In this document: in pieces, positions 8,901-26,900 of the stretch
Numbering within the stretch: position 1 is the stretch's first letter
Layout: each line of letters starts with the position of its first letter
NCBI GenBank assembly: GCA_032718475.1
Contig: JAUCBJ010006054.1
Span: 1-64,000 of the forward strand
Direction of reading: 5' to 3'
Length of the DNA: 64,000 bases
Source of the DNA: Nemertoderma westbladi
Taxonomy: Eukaryota; Animalia; Xenacoelomorpha
The notes under the pieces: model-generated
Database searches by the model: none
Told to the model about the DNA's origin: nothing
Seen by the model: only the letters and a program-made list of their open reading frames with translations
Translations under genes and position numbers: made by a program

Positions 8901-11900
8901 AAATAACAATGTACTAATAAACACGTACCATCAGCTCCAAATATCAATGTACTAATAAACGTACCATCAGCTCCAAATAACAATGTACTAATAAACACGT
9001 ACCATCAGCTCCAAATAACAATGTACTAATAAACACGTACCATCAGCTCCAAATAACAATGTACTAATAAACACGTACCATCAGCTCCAAATAACAATGT
9101 ACTAATAAACACGTACCATCAGCTCCAAATAACAATGTACTAATAAACACGTACCATCAGCTCCAAATAACAATGTACTAATAAACACGTACCATCAGCT
9201 CCAAATAACAATATACTAATAAACACGTACCATCAGCTCCAAATAACAATGTACTAATAAACACGTACCATCAGCTCCAAATAACAATGTACTAATAAAA
9301 GTATCATCAGCTCCAAATAACAATGTACTAATAAACACGTACCATCAGCTCCAAATAACAATGTACTAATAAACACGTACCATCAGCTCCAAATATCAAT
9401 GTACTAATAAACGTACCATCAGCTCCAAATAACAATGTACTAATAAACACGTTCCATCAGCTCCAAATAACAATGTACTAATAAACACGTACCATCAGCT
9501 CCAAATAACAATGTACTAATAAACGTACCATCAGCTCCAAATAACAATGTACTAATAAACACGTACCATCAGCTCCAAATATCATGTATTAATAAACACG
9601 TACCATCAGCTCCAAATAACAATGTACTAATAAACGTACCATCAGCTCCAAATAACATGTATTAATAAACACGTACCATCAGCTCCAAATATCAATGTAC
9701 TAATAAACGTACCATCAGCTCCAAATAACAATGTACTAATAAACACGTACCATCAGCTCCAAATATCAATGTACTAATAAAAGTATCATCAGCTCCAAAT
9801 AACAATGTATTAATAAACACGTACCATCAGCTCCAAATAACAATGTACTAATAAACACGTACCATCAGCTCCAAATAACAATGTACTAATAAACACGTAC
9901 CATCAGCTCAAATAACAATGTACTAATAAACGTACCATCAGCTCCAAATAACAATGTACTAATAAACGTACCATCAGCTCCAAATAACAATGTACTAATA
10001 AACACGTACCATCAGCTCCAAATATCAATGTACTAATAAAAGTATCATCAGCTCCAAATAACAATGTATTAATAAACACGTACCATCAGCTCCAAATATC
10101 AATGTACTAATAAACGTACCATCAGCTCCAAATAACATGTATTAATAAACACGTACCATCAGCTCCAAATATCAATGTACTAATAAACGTACCATCAGCT
10201 CCAAATATCATGTATTAATAAACACGTACCATCAGCTCCAAATAACAATGTACTAATAAACGTACCATCAGCTCCAAATAACAATGTACTAATAAACACG
10301 TACCATCAGCTCCAAATATCATGTATTAATAAACACGTACCATCAGCTCCAAATATCATGTATTAATAAACGTACCATCAGCTCCAAATATCAATGTACT
10401 AATAAACGTACCATCAGCTCCAAATAACAATGTACTAATAAACGTACCATCAGCTCCAAATATCATGTACTAATAAACACGTACCATCAGCTCCAAATAT
10501 CATGTATTAATAAACACGTACCATCAGCTCCAAATAACAATGTACTAATAAACGTACCATCAGCTCCAAATAACATGTATTAATAAACACGTACCATCAG
10601 CTCCAAATAACAATGTACTAATAAACACGTACCATCAGCTCCAAATAACATGTATTAATAAACACGTACCATCAGCTCCAAATAACAATGTACTAATAAA
10701 CGTACCATCAGCTCCAAATAACATGTATTAATAAACACGTACCATCAGCTCCAAATATCATGTATTAATAAACACGTACCATCAGCTCCAAATATCATGT
10801 ATTAATAAACACGTACCATCAGCTCCAAATATCATGTACTAATAAACACGTACCATCAGCTCCAAATATCATGTATTAATAAACACGTACCATCAGCTCC
10901 AAATATCATGTACTAATAAACACGTACCATCAGCTCCAAATAACAATGTACTAATAAACACGTACCATCAGCTCCAAATAACATGTATTAATAAACACGT
11001 ACCATCAGCTCCAAATAACAATGTACTAATAAACACGTACCATCAGCTCCAAATAACATGTATTAATAAACACGTACCATCAGCTCCAAATAACAATGTA
11101 CTAATAAACGTACCATCAGCTCCAAATAACATGTATTAATAAACACGTACCATCAGCTCCAAATATCATGTATTAATAAACACGTACCATCAGCTCCAAA
11201 TATCATGTATTAATAAACACGTACCATCAGCTCCAAATATCATGTACTAATAAACACGTACCATCAGCTCCAAATAACAATGTACTAATAAACGTACCAT
11301 CAGCTCCAAATATCATGTATTAATAAACACGTACCATCAGCTCCAAATAACAATGTACTAATAAACACGTACCATCAGCTCCAAATAACAATGTACTAAT
11401 AAACACGTACCATCAGCTCCAAATAACAATGTACTAATAAACACGTTCCATCAGCTCCAAATAACAATGTACTAATAAACACGTACCATCAGCTCCAAAT
11501 AACAATGTACTAATAAACGTACCATCAGCTCCAAATAACAATGTACTAATAAACGTACCATCAGCTCCAAATAACAATGTACTAATAAACACGTACCATC
11601 AGCTCCAAATAACAATGTACTAATAAACACGTACCATCAGCTCCAAATAACAATGTACTAATAAACACGTACCATCAGCTCCAAATAACAATGTACTAAT
11701 AAACGTACCATCAGCTCCAAATAACAATGTACTAATAAACGTACCATCAGCTCCAAATAACAATGTACTAATAAACACGTACCATCAGCTCCAAATAACA
11801 ATGTACTAATAAACACGTACCATCAGCTCCAAATAACAATGTACTAATAAACACGTACCATCAGCTCCAAATAACAATGTACTAATAAACACGTTCCATC

Positions 11901-14900
11901 AGCTCTAAATATCATGTATTAATAAACACGTACCATCAGCTCCAAATATCAATGTACTAATAAACGTACCATCAGCTCCAAATAACAATGTACTAATAAA
12001 CGTACCATCAGCTCCAAATAACATGTATTAATAAACACGTACCATCAGCTCCAAATATCATGTATTAATAAACACGTACCATCAGCTCCAAATAACAATG
12101 TACTAATAAACGTACCATCAGCTCCAAATAACATGTATTAATAAACACGTACCATCAGCTCCAAATATCATGTATTAATAAACACGTACCATCAGCTCCA
12201 AATAACAATGTACTAATAAACACGTACCATCAGCTCCAAATAACAATGTACTAATAAACACGTACCATCAGCTCCAAATAACAATGTACTAATAAACACG
12301 TACCATCAGCTCCAAATAACAATGTACTAATAAACACGTACCATCAGCTCCAAATAACAATGTACTAATAAACACGTACCATCAGCTCCAAATAACAATG
12401 TACTAATAAACACGTACCATCACCTCCAAATATCATGTATTAATAAACACGTACCATCAGCTCCAAATAACAATGTACTAATAAACACGTACCATCAGCT
12501 CCAAATAACAATGTACTAATAAACACGTACCATCAGCTCCAAATAACAATGTACTAATAAACACGTACCATCAGCTCCAAATAACAATGTACTAATAAAC
12601 ACGTACCATCAGCTCCAAATAACAATGTACTAATAAACGTACCATCAGCTCCAAATAACAATGTACTAATAAACGTACCATCAGCTCCAAATAACAATGT
12701 ACTAATAAACACGTACCATCAGCTCCAAATAACAATGTACTAATAAACACGTACCATCAGCTCCAAATAACAATGTACTAATAAACACGTACCATCAGCT
12801 CCAAATAACAATGTACTAATAAACACGTTCCATCAGCTCTAAATATCATGTATTAATAAACACGTACCATCAGCTCCAAATATCATGTATTAATAAACAC
12901 GTACCATCAGCTCCAAATATCATGTATTAATAAACACGTACCATCAGCTCCAAATATCATGTATTAATAAACACGTACCATCAGCTCCAAATATCATGTA
13001 TTAATAAACACGTACCATCAGCTCCAAATATCATGTATTAATAAACACGTACCATCAGCTCCAAATATCATGTATTAATAAACACGTACCATCAGCTCCA
13101 AATATCATGTATTAATAAACACGTACCATCAGCTCCAAATAACAATGTACTAATAAACACGTACCATCAGCTCCAAATAACAATGTACTAATAAACACGT
13201 ACCATCAGCTCCAAATAACAATGTACTAATAAACACGTACCATCAGCTCCAAATAACAATGTACTAATAAACGTACCATCAGCTCCAAATAACAATGTAC
13301 TAATAAACGTACCATCAGCTCCAAATAACAATGTACTAATAAACACGTACCATCAGCTCCAAATAACAATGTACTAATAAACACGTACCATCAGCTCCAA
13401 ATATCAATGTACTAATAAACGTACCATCAGCTCCAAATAACAATGTACTAATAAACGTACCATCAGCTCCAAATAACATGTATTAATAAACACGTACCAT
13501 CAGCTCCAAATATCATGTATTAATAAACACGTACCATCAGCTCCAAATAACAATGTACTAATAAACGTACCATCAGCTCCAAATAACATGTATTAATAAA
13601 CACGTACCATCAGCTCCAAATATCATGTATTAATAAACACGTACCATCAGCTCCAAATAACAATGTACTAATAAACACGTACCATCAGCTCCAAATAACA
13701 ATGTACTAATAAACACGTACCATCAGCTCCAAATAACAATGTACTAATAAACACGTACCATCAGCTCCAAATATCATGTATTAATAAACACGTACCATCA
13801 GCTCCAAATAACAATGTACTAATAAACACGTACCATCAGCTCCAAATAACAATGTACTAATAAACACGTACCATCAGCTCCAAATATCATGTATTAATAA
13901 ACACGTACCATCAGCTCCAAATAACAATGTACTAATAAACACGTACCATCAGCTCCAAATAACAATGTACTAATAAACGTACCATCAGCTCCAAATAACA
14001 ATGTACTAATAAACGTACCATCAGCTCCAAATATCATGTATTAATAAACACGTACCATCAGCTCCAAATAACAATGTACTAATAAACACGTACCATCAGC
14101 TCCAAATAACAATGTACTAATAAACGTACCATCAGCTCCAAATAACAATGTACTAATAAACACGTACCATCAGCTCCAAATAACAATGTACTAATAAACG
14201 TTCCATCAGCTCCAAATATCATGTATTAATAAACACGTTCCATCAGCTCCAAATAACAATGTACTATTAAACGTACCATCAGCTCCAAATATCAATGTAC
14301 AAATAAACACGTACCATCAGCTCCAAATAACAATGTACTAATAAACGTACCATCAGCTCCAAATAACAATGTACTAATAAACGTACCATCAGCTCCAAAT
14401 AACAATGTACTAATAAACGTACCATCAGCTCCAAATAACAATGTACTAATAAACACGTACCATCAGCTCCAAATATCATGTATTAATAAACACGTACCAT
14501 CAGCTCCAAATAACAATGTACTAATAAACACGTACCATCAGCTCCAAATAACAATGTACTAATAAACGTACCATCAGCTCCAAATAACATGTATTAATAA
14601 ACACGTACCATCAGCTCCAAATATCATGTATTAATAAACACGTACCATCAGCTCCAAATAACAATGTACTAATAAACACGTACCATCAGCTCCAAATAAC
14701 AATGTACTAATAAACGTACCATCAGCTCCAAATAACAATGTACTAATAAACGTACCATCAGCTCCAAATAACAATGTACTAATAAACGTACCATCAGCTC
14801 CAAATAACATGTACTAATAAACACGTACCATCAGCTCCAAATAACATGTATTAATAAACACGTACCATCAGCTCCAAATATCATGTATTAATAAACACGT

Positions 14901-17900
14901 ACCATCAGCTCCAAATAACAATGTACTAATAAACACGTACCATCAGCTCCAAATAACAAAGTACTAATAAACACGTACCATCAGCTCCAAATATCATGTA
15001 TTAATAAACGTACCATCAGCTCCAAATAACAATGTACTAATAAACACGTACCATCAGCTCCAAATATCATGTATTAATAAACACGTACCATCAGCTCCAA
15101 ATAACAATGTACTAATAAACACGTACCATCAGCTCCAAATAACAATATACTAATAAACACGTACCATCAGCTCCAAATAACAATGTACTAATAAACACGT
15201 ACCATCAGCTCCAAATAACAATGTACTAATAAACACGTACCATCAGCTCCAAATAACAATGTACTAATAAACACGTACCATCAGCTCCAAATAACAATGT
15301 ACTAATAAACACGTACCATCAGCTCCAAATAACAATGTACTAATAAACACGTACCATCAGCTCCAAATAACAATGTACTAATAAACACGTTCCATCAGCT
15401 CCAAATAACAATGTACTAATAAACACGTACCATCAGCTCCAAATAACAATGTACTAATAAACACGTACCATCAGCTCCAAATAACAATGTACTAATAAAC
15501 GTACCATCAGCTCCAAATAACAATGTACTAATAAACACGTACCATCAGCTCCAAATAACAATGTACTAATAAACACGTACCATCAGCTCCAAATAACAAT
15601 GTACTAATAAACGTACCATCAGCTCCAAATAACAATGTACTAATAAACACGTACCATCAGCTCCAAATAACAATGTACTAATAAACGTACCATCAGCTCC
15701 AAATAACAATGTACTAATAAACGTACCATCAGCTCCAAATATCATGTATTAATAAACGTACCATCAGCTCCAAATAACAATGTACTAATAAACACGTACC
15801 ATCAGCTCCAAATATCATGTATTAATAAACGTACCATCAGCTCCAAATAACAATGTACTAATAAACACGTACCATCAGCTCCAAATAACAATGTACTAAT
15901 AAACACGTACCATCAGCTCCAAATAACAATGTACTAATAAACACGTACCATCAGCTCCAAATAACAATGTACTAATAAACACGTACCATCAGCTCCAAAT
16001 AACAATGTACTAATAAACACGTACCATCAGCTCCAAATATCATGTATTAATAAACACGTACCATCAGCTCCAAATAACAATGTACTAATAAACGTACCAT
16101 CAGCTCCAAATAACAATGTACTAATAAACACGTTCCATCAGCTCCAAATATCATGTACTAATAAACACGTACCATCAGCTCCAAATAACAATGTACTAAT
16201 AAACACGTACCATCAGCTCCAAATAACAATGTACTAATAAACGTACCATCAGCTCCAAATAACAATGTACTAATAAACACGTACCATCAGCTCCAAATAT
16301 CAATGTACTAATAAACACGTACCATCAGCTCCAAATAACAATGTACTAATAAACGTACCATCAGCTCCAAATAACATGTATTAATAAACACGTACCATCA
16401 GCTCCAAATATCATGTATTAATAAACACGTACCATCAGCTCCAAATATCATGTATTAATAAATACGTACCATCAGCTCCAAATATCAATGTACTAATAAA
16501 CACGTACCATCAGCTCCAAATATCAATGTACTAATAAACACGTACCATCAGCTCCAAATATCAATGTACTAATAAACGTACCATCAGCTCCAAATAACAA
16601 TGTACTAATAAACGTACCATCAGCTCCAAATAACAATGTACTAATAAACGTACCATCAGCTCCAAATGTCAATGTACTAATAAACACGTACCATCAGCTC
16701 CAAATATCATGTATTAATAAACGTACCATCAGCTCCAAATATCATGTATTAATAAACACGTACCATCAGCTCCAAATATCATGTATTAATAAACACGTAC
16801 CATCAGCTCCAAATATCATGTATTAATAAACACGTACCATCAGCTCCAAATAACAATGTACTAATAAACGTACCATCAGCTCCAAATAACAATGTACTAA
16901 TAAACACGTACCATCAGCTCCAAATAACAATGTACTAATAAACACGTACCATCAGCTCCAAATAACAATGTACTAATAAACGTACCATCAGCTCCAAATA
17001 ACAATGTACTAATAAACACGTACCATCAGCTCCAAATAACAATGTACTAATAAACACGTACCATCAGCTCCAAATATCATGTATTAATAAACGTACCATC
17101 AGCTCCAAATATCATGTATTAATAAACACGTACCATCAGCTCCAAATATCATGTATTAATAAACACGTACCATCAGCTCCAAATATCATGTATTAATAAA
17201 CACGTACCATCAGCTCCAAATAACAATGTACTAATAAACGTACCATCAGCTCCAAATAACAATGTACTAATAAACACGTACCATCAGCTCCAAATAACAA
17301 TGTACTAATAAACACGTACCATCAGCTCCAAATAACAATGTACTAATAAACGTACCATCAGCTCCAAATAACAATGTACTAATAAACGTACCATCAGCTC
17401 CAAATAACAATGTACTAATAAACACGTACCATCAGCTCCAAATAACAATGTACTAATAAACACGTACCATCAGCTCCAAATAACAATGTACTAATAAACA
17501 CGTACCATCAGCTCCAAATAACAATGTACTAATAAACGTACCATCAGCTCCAAATAACAATGTACTAATAAACGTACCATCAGCTCCAAATAACATGTAT
17601 TAATAAACACGTACCATCAGCTCCAAATAACAATGTACTAATAAACGTACCATCAGCTCCAAATAACAATGTACTAATAAACACGTACCATCAGCTCCAA
17701 ATAACAATGTACTAATAAACACGTACCATCAGCTCCAAATATCATGTATTAATAAACACGTACCATCAGCTCCAAATAACAATGTACTAATAAACACGTA
17801 CCATCAGCTCCAAATAACAATGTACTAATAAACACGTACCATCAGCTCCAAATAACAATGTACTAATAAACACGTACCATCAGCTCCAAATATCATGTAT

Positions 17901-20900
17901 TAATAAACACGTACCATCAGCTCCAAATAACAATGTACTAATAAACACGTACCATCAGCTCCAAATAACAATGTACTAATAAACACGTACCATCAGCTCC
18001 AAATAACAATGTACTAATAAACACGTACCATCAGCTCCAAATATCATGTATTAATAAACACGTACCATCAGCTCCAAATAACAATGTACTAATAAACACG
18101 TACCATCAGCTCCAAATAACAATGTATTAATAAACACGTACCATCAGCTCCAAATATCAATGTACTAATAAACGTACCATCAGCTCCAAATAACAATGTA
18201 CTAATAAACACGTACCATCAGCTCCAAATATCAATGTACTAATAAAAGTATCATCAGCTCCAAATAACAATGTATTAATAAACACGTACCATCAGCTCCA
18301 AATAACAATGTACTAATAAACGTACCATCAGCTCCAAATAACATGTATTAATAAACACGTACCATCAGCTCCAAATATCAATGTACTAATAAACGTACCA
18401 TCAGCTCCAAATAACATGTATTAATAAACACGTACCATCAGCTCCAAATATCAATGTACTAATAAACGTACCATCAGCTCCAAATATCATGTATTAATAA
18501 ACACGTACCATCAGCTCCAAATAACAATGTACTAATAAACGTACCATCAGCTCCAAATAACAATGTACTAATAAACACGTACCATCAGCTCCAAATAACA
18601 ATGTACTAATAAACGTACCATCAGCTCCAAATAACAATGTACTAATAAACACGTACCATCAGCTCCAAATATCATTGTACTAATAAACACGTACCATCAG
18701 CTCCAAATAACAATGTACTAATAAACGTACCATCAGCTCCAAATAACATGTATTAATAAACACGTACCATCAGCTCCAAATAACAATGTACTAATAAACA
18801 CGTACCATCAGCTCCAAATATCATGTATTAATAAACACGTACCATCAGCTCCAAATAACAATGTACTAATAAACACGTACCATCAGCTCCAAATAACAAT
18901 GTACTAATAAACGTACCATCAGCTCCAAATAACAATGTACTAATAAACACGTACCATCAGCTCCAAATATCATTGTACTAATAAACACGTACCATCAGCT
19001 CCAAATAACAATGTACTAATAAACGTACCATCAGCTCCAAATAACATGTATTAATAAACACGTACCATCAGCTCCAAATAACAATGTACTAATAAACACG
19101 TACCATCAGCTCCAAATATCATGTATTAATAAACACGTACCATCAGCTCCAAATAACAATGTACTAATAAACACGTACCATCAGCTCCAAATATCAATGT
19201 ACTAATAAACGTACCATCAGCTCCAAATAACAATGTACTAATAAACACGTTCCATCAGCTCCAAATAACAATGTACTAATAAACACGTACCATCAGCTCC
19301 AAATAACAATGTACTAATAAACGTACCATCAGCTCCAAATAACAATGTACTAATAAACACGTACCATCAGCTCCAAATATCAATGTACTAATAAACACGT
19401 ACCATCAGCTCCAAATATCATGTATTAATAAACACGTACCATCAGCTCCAAATAACAATGTACTAATAAACGTACCATCAGCTCCAAATAACATGTATTA
19501 ATAAACACGTACCATCAGCTCCAAATAACAATGTACTAATAAACACGTACCATCAGCTCCAAATAACAATGTACTAATAAACGTACCATCAGCTCCAAAT
19601 AACAATGTACTAATAAACACGTACCATCAGCTCCAAATAACAATGTACTAATAAACACGTACCATCAGCTCCAAATAACAATGTACTAATAAACACGTAC
19701 CATCAGCTCCAAATAACAATGTACTAATAAACACGTACCATCAGCTCCAAATAACAATGTACTAATAAACACGTACCATCAGCTCCAAATAACAATGTAC
19801 TAATAAACACGTACCATCAGCTCCAAATAACAATGTACTAATAAACGTACCATCAGCTCCAAATAACAATGTACTAATAAACGTACCATCAGCTCCAAAT
19901 AACAATGTACTAATAAACACGTACCATCAGCTCCAAATAACAATGTACTAATAAACACGTACCATCAGCTCCAAATAACAATGTACTAATAAACACGTAC
20001 CATCAGCTCCAAATAACAATGTACTAATAAACGTACCATCAGCTCCAAATAACAATGTACTAATAAACGTACCATCAGCTCCAAATAACATGTATTAATA
20101 AACACGTACCATCAGCTCCAAATAACAATGTACTAATAAACGTACCATCAGCTCCAAATAACAATGTACTAATAAACACGTACCATCAGCTCCAAATAAC
20201 AATGTACTAATAAACACGTACCATCAGCTCCAAATATCATGTATTAATAAACACGTACCATCAGCTCCAAATAACAATGTACTAATAAACACGTACCATC
20301 ATCTCCAAATAACAATGTACTAATAAACACGTACCATCAGCTCCAAATAACAATGTACTAATAAACACGTACCATCAGCTCCAAATATCATGTATTAATA
20401 AACACGTACCATCAGCTCCAAATAACAATGTACTAATAAACACGTACCATCAGCTCCAAATAACAATGTACTAATAAACACGTACCATCAGCTCCAAATA
20501 ACAATGTACTAATAAACACGTACCATCAGCTCCAAATATCATGTATTAATAAACACGTACCATCAGCTCCAAATAACAATGTACTAATAAACACGTACCA
20601 TCAGCTCCAAATAACAATGTATTAATAAACACGTACCATCAGCTCCAAATATCAATGTACTAATAAACGTACCATCAGCTCCAAATAACAATGTACTAAT
20701 AAACACATACCATCAGCTCCAAATAACAATGTACTAATAAACACGTACCATCAGCTCCAAATAACAATGTACTAATAAACACGTACCATCAGCTCCAAAT
20801 ATCAATGTATTAATAAACATGTACCATCAGCTCCAAATATCAATGTATTAATAAACACGTACCATCAGCTCTAAATATCATGTATTAATAAACACGTACC

Positions 20901-23900
20901 ATCAGCTCCAAATATCATGTATTAATAAACACGTACCATCAGCTCCAAATATCATGTATTAATAAATACGCACCATCAGCTCCAAATATCATGTATTAAT
21001 AAACACGTACCATCAGCTCCAAATATCATGTATTAATAAACACGTACCATCAGCTCCAAATAACAATGTACTAATAAACACGTACCATCAGCTCCAAATA
21101 ACAATGTACTAATAAACACGTACCATCAGCTCCAAATAACAATGTACTAATAAACACGTACCATCAGCTCCAAATAACAATGTACTAATAAACACGTACC
21201 ATCAGCTCCAAATAACAATATACTAATAAACACGTACCATCAGCTCCAAATAACAATGTACTAATAAACACGTACCATCAGCTCCAAATAACAATGTACT
21301 AATAAAAGTATCATCAGCTCCAAATAACAATGTACTAATAAACACGTACCATCAGCTCCAAATAACAATGTACTAATAAACACGTACCATCAGCTCCAAA
21401 TATCAATGTACTAATAAACGTACCATCAGCTCCAAATAACAATGTACTAATAAACACGTTCCATCAGCTCCAAATAACAATGTACTAATAAACACGTACC
21501 ATCAGCTCAAATAACAATGTACTAATAAACATGTACCATCAGCTCCAAATATCAATGTACTAATAAACACGTACCATCAGCTCCAAATAACAATGTACTA
21601 ATAAACGTACCATCAGCTCCAAATAACAATGTACTAATAAACACGTACCATCAGCTCCAAATATCATGTATTAATAAACACGTACCATCAGCTCCAAATA
21701 TCAATGTACTAATAAACACGTACCATCAGCTCCAAATAACAATGTACTAATAAACACGTACCATCAGCTCCAAATATCAATGTACTAATAAACACGTACC
21801 ATCAGCTCCAAATAACAATGTACTAATAAACACGTACCATCAGCTCCAAATATCAATGTACTAATAAACGTACCATCAGCTCCAAATAACAATGTACAAT
21901 TAAACACGTACCATCAGCTCCAAATAACAATGTACTAATAAACGTACCATCAGCTCCAAATAACAATGTACTAATAAACACGTACCATCAGCTCCAAATA
22001 TCATGTATTAATAAACACGTACCATCAGCTCCAAATAACAATGTACTAATAAACACGTACCATCAGCTCCAAATATCAATGTACTAATAAACACGTACCA
22101 TCAGCTCCAAATAACAATGTACTAATAAACGTACCATCAGCTCCAAATAACAATGTACTAATAAACACGTACCATCAGCTCCAAATATCATGTATTAATA
22201 AACACGTACCATCAGCTCCAAATATCATGTATTAATAAACACGTACCATCAGCTCCAAATATCATGTATTAATAAACACGTACCATCAGCTCCAAATATC
22301 ATGTATTAATAAACACGTACCATCAGCTCCAAATAACAATGTACTAATAAACACGTACCATCAGCTCCAAATATCAATGTACTAATAAACGTACCATCAG
22401 CTCCAAATAACAATGTACTAATAAACACGTTCCATCAGCTCCAAATAACAATGTACTAATAAACGTACCATCAGCTCCAAATAACAATGTACTAATAAAC
22501 ACGTACCATCAGCTCCAAATAACAATGTACTAATAAACACGTACCATCAGCTCCAAATAACAATGTACTAATAAACACGTACCATCAGCTCCAAATATCA
22601 ATGTACTAATAAACGTACCATCAGCTCCAAATAACAATGTACTAATAAACACGTTCCATCAGCTCCAAATAACAATGTACTAATAAACACGTACCATCAG
22701 CTCCAAATAACAATGTACTAATAAACACGTACCATCAGCTCCAAATAACAATGTACTAATAAACGTACCATCAGCTCCAAATAACAATGTACTAATAAAC
22801 GTACCATCAGCTCCAAATATCAATGTACTAATAAACACGTACCATCAGCTCCAAATATCATGTATTAATAAACACGTACCATCAGCTCCAAATAACAATG
22901 TACTAATAAACACGTACCATCAGCTCCAAATAACAATGTACTAATAAACACGTACCATCAGCTCCAAATAACAATGTACTAATAAACACGTACCATCAGC
23001 TCCAAATAACAATGTACTAATAAACACGTACCATCAGCTCCAAATATCAATGTACTAATAAACGTACCATCAGCTCCAAATAACAATGTACTAATAAACA
23101 CGTTCCATCAGCTCCAAATAACAATGTACTAATAAACGTACCATCAGCTCCAAATAACAATGTACTAATAAACACGTACCATCAGCTCCAAATAACAATG
23201 TACTAATAAACACGTACCATCAGCTCCAAATAACAATGTACTAATAAACACGTACCATCAGCTCCAAATATCAATGTACTAATAAACGTACCATCAGCTC
23301 CAAATAACAATGTACTAATAAACACGTTCCATCAGCTCCAAATAACAATGTACTAATAAACACGTACCATCAGCTCCAAATATCATGTATTAATAAACAC
23401 GTACCATCAGCTCCAAATAACAATGTACTAATAAACACGTACCATCAGCTCCAAATAACAATGTACTAATAAACACGTACCATCAGCTCCAAATAACAAT
23501 GTACTAATAAACACGTACCATCAGCTCCAAATAACAATGTACTAATAAACGTACCATCAGCTCCAAATAACAATGTACTAATAAACGTACCATCAGCTCC
23601 AAATATCAATGTACTAATAAACACGTACCATCAGCTCCAAATATCATGTATTAATAAACACGTACCATCAGCTCCAAATAACAATGTACTAATAAACACG
23701 TACCATCAGCTCCAAATAACAATGTACTAATAAACACGTACCATCAGCTCCAAATAACAATGTACTAATAAACACGTACCATCAGCTCCAAATAACAATG
23801 TACTAATAAACACGTACCATCAGCTCCAAATATCAATGTACTAATAAACGTACCATCAGCTCCAAATAACAATGTACTAATAAACACGTTCCATCAGCTC

Positions 23901-26900
23901 CAAATAACAATGTACTAATAAACGTACCATCAGCTCCAAATAACAATGTACTAATAAACACGTACCATCAGCTCCAAATAACAATGTACTAATAAACACG
24001 TACCATCAGCTCCAAATAACAATGTACTAATAAACACGTACCATCAGCTCCAAATATCAATGTACTAATAAACGTACCATCAGCTCCAAATAACAATGTA
24101 CTAATAAACACGTTCCATCAGCTCCAAATAACAATGTACTAATAAACACGTACCATCAGCTCCAAATATCAATGTACTAATAAACGTACCATCAGCTCCA
24201 AATAACAATGTACTAATAAACACGTACCATCAGCTCCAAATAACAATGTACTAATAAACACGTACCATCAGCTCCAAATAACAATGTACTAATAAACACG
24301 TACCATCAGCTCCAAATAACAATGTACTAATAAACGTACCATCAGCTCCAAATAACAATGTACTAATAAACACGTACCATCAGCTCCAAATAACAATGTA
24401 CTAATAAACACGTACCATCAGCTCCAAATAACAATGTACTAATAAACACGTACCATCAGCTCCAAATATCATGTATTAATAAACACGTACCATCAGCTCC
24501 AAATAACAATGTACTAATAAACACGTACCATCAGCTCCAAATAACAATGTACTAATAAACGTACCATCAGCTCCAAATAACAATGTACTAATAAACACGT
24601 ACCATCAGCTCCAAATATCATGTATTAATAAACACGTACCATCAGCTCCAAATATCATGTATTAATAAACACGTACCATCAGCTCCAAATAACAATGTAC
24701 TAATAAACGTACCATCAGCTCCAAATAACAATGTACTAATAAACACGTACCATCAGCTCCAAATAACAATGTACTAATAAACACGTACCATCAGCTCCAA
24801 ATAACAATGTACTAATAAACGTACCATCAGCTCCAAATAACAATGTACTAATAAACACGTACCATCAGCTCCAAATATCATGTATTAATAAACACGTACC
24901 ATCAGCTCCAAATAACAATGTACTAATAAACACGTACCATCAGCTCCAAATAACAATGTACTAATAAACGTACCATCAGCTCCAAATAACAATGTACTAA
25001 TAAACACGTACCATCAGCTCCAAATATCAATGTACTAATAAACACGTACCATCAGCTCCAAATAACAATGTACTAATAAACGTACCATCAGCTCCAAATA
25101 ACAATGTACTAATAAACGTACCATCAGCTCCAAATAACAATGTACTAATAAACACGTACCATCAGCTCCAAATATCATGTATTAATAAACACGTACCATC
25201 AGCTCCAAATAACAATGTACTAATAAACACGTACCATCAGCTCCAAATAACAATGTACTAATAAACGTACCATCAGCTCCAAATAACAATGTACTAATAA
25301 ACACGTACCATCAGCTCCAAATAACAATGTACTAATAAACGTACCATCAGCTCCAAATAACAATGTACTAATAAACGTACCATCAGCTCCAAATAACAAT
25401 GTACTAATAAACGTACCATCAGCTCCAAATAACAATGTACTAATAAACACGTACCATCAGCTCCAAATAACAATGTACTAATAAACACGTACCATCAGCT
25501 CCAAATATCATGTATTAATAAACACGTACCATCAGCTCCAAATAACAATGTACTAATAAACACGTACCATCAGCTCCAAATATCATGTATTAACAAACGT
25601 ACCATCAGCTCCAAATATCATGTATTAATAAACACGTACCATCAGCTCCAAATAACAATGTACTAATAAACACGTACCATCAGCTCCAAATATCATGTAT
25701 TAATAAACGTACCATCAGCTCCAAATATCAATGTACTAATAAACGTACCATCAGCTCCAAATAACAATGTACTAATAAACGTACCATCAGCTCCAAATAA
25801 CAATGTACTAATAAACGTACCATCAGCTCCAAATAACAATGTACTAATAAACGTACCATCAGCTCCAAATAACAATGTACTAATAAACACGTACCATCAG
25901 CTCCAAATATCATGTATTAATAAACACGTACCATCAGCTCCAAATATCATGTATTAATAAACACGTACCATCAGCTCCAAATATCATGTATTAATAAACA
26001 CGTACCATCAGCTCCAAATATCATGTATTAATAAACGTACCATCAGCTCCAAATATCAATGTACTAATAAACGTACCATCAGCTCCAAATAACAATGTAC
26101 TAATAAACGTACCATCAGCTCCAAATAACAATGTACTAATAAACGTACCATCAGCTCCAAATAACAATGTACTAATAAACGTACCATCAGCTCCAAATAA
26201 CAATGTACTAATAAACGTACCATCAGCTCCAAATAACAATGTACTAATAAACGTACCATCAGCTCCAAATAACAATGTACTAATAAACGTACCATCAGCT
26301 CCAAATAACAATGTACTAATAAACACGTACCATCAGCTCCAAATAACAATGTACTAATAAACGTACCATCAGCTCCAAATAACAATGTACTAATAAACAC
26401 GTACCATCAGCTCCAAATATCATGTATTAATAAACACGTACCATCAGCTCCAAATATCATGTATTAATAAACACGTACCATCAGCTCCAAATATCATGTA
26501 TTAATAAACACGTACCATCAGCTCCAAATATCATGTATTAATAAACGTACCATCAGCTCCAAATATCAATGTACTAATAAACGTACCATCAGCTCCAAAT
26601 AACAATGTACTAATAAACGTACCATCAGCTCCAAATAACAATGTACTAATAAACGTACCATCAGCTCCAAATAACAATGTACTAATAAACGTACCATCAG
26701 CTCCAAATAACAATGTACTAATAAACACGTACCATCAGCTCCAAATATCATGTATTAATAAACACGTACCATCAGCTCCAAATAACAATGTACTAATAAA
26801 CACGTACCATCAGCTCCAAATAACAATGTACTAATAAACGTACCATCAGCTCCAAATAACAATGTACTAATAAACGTACCATCAGCTCCAAATAACAATG

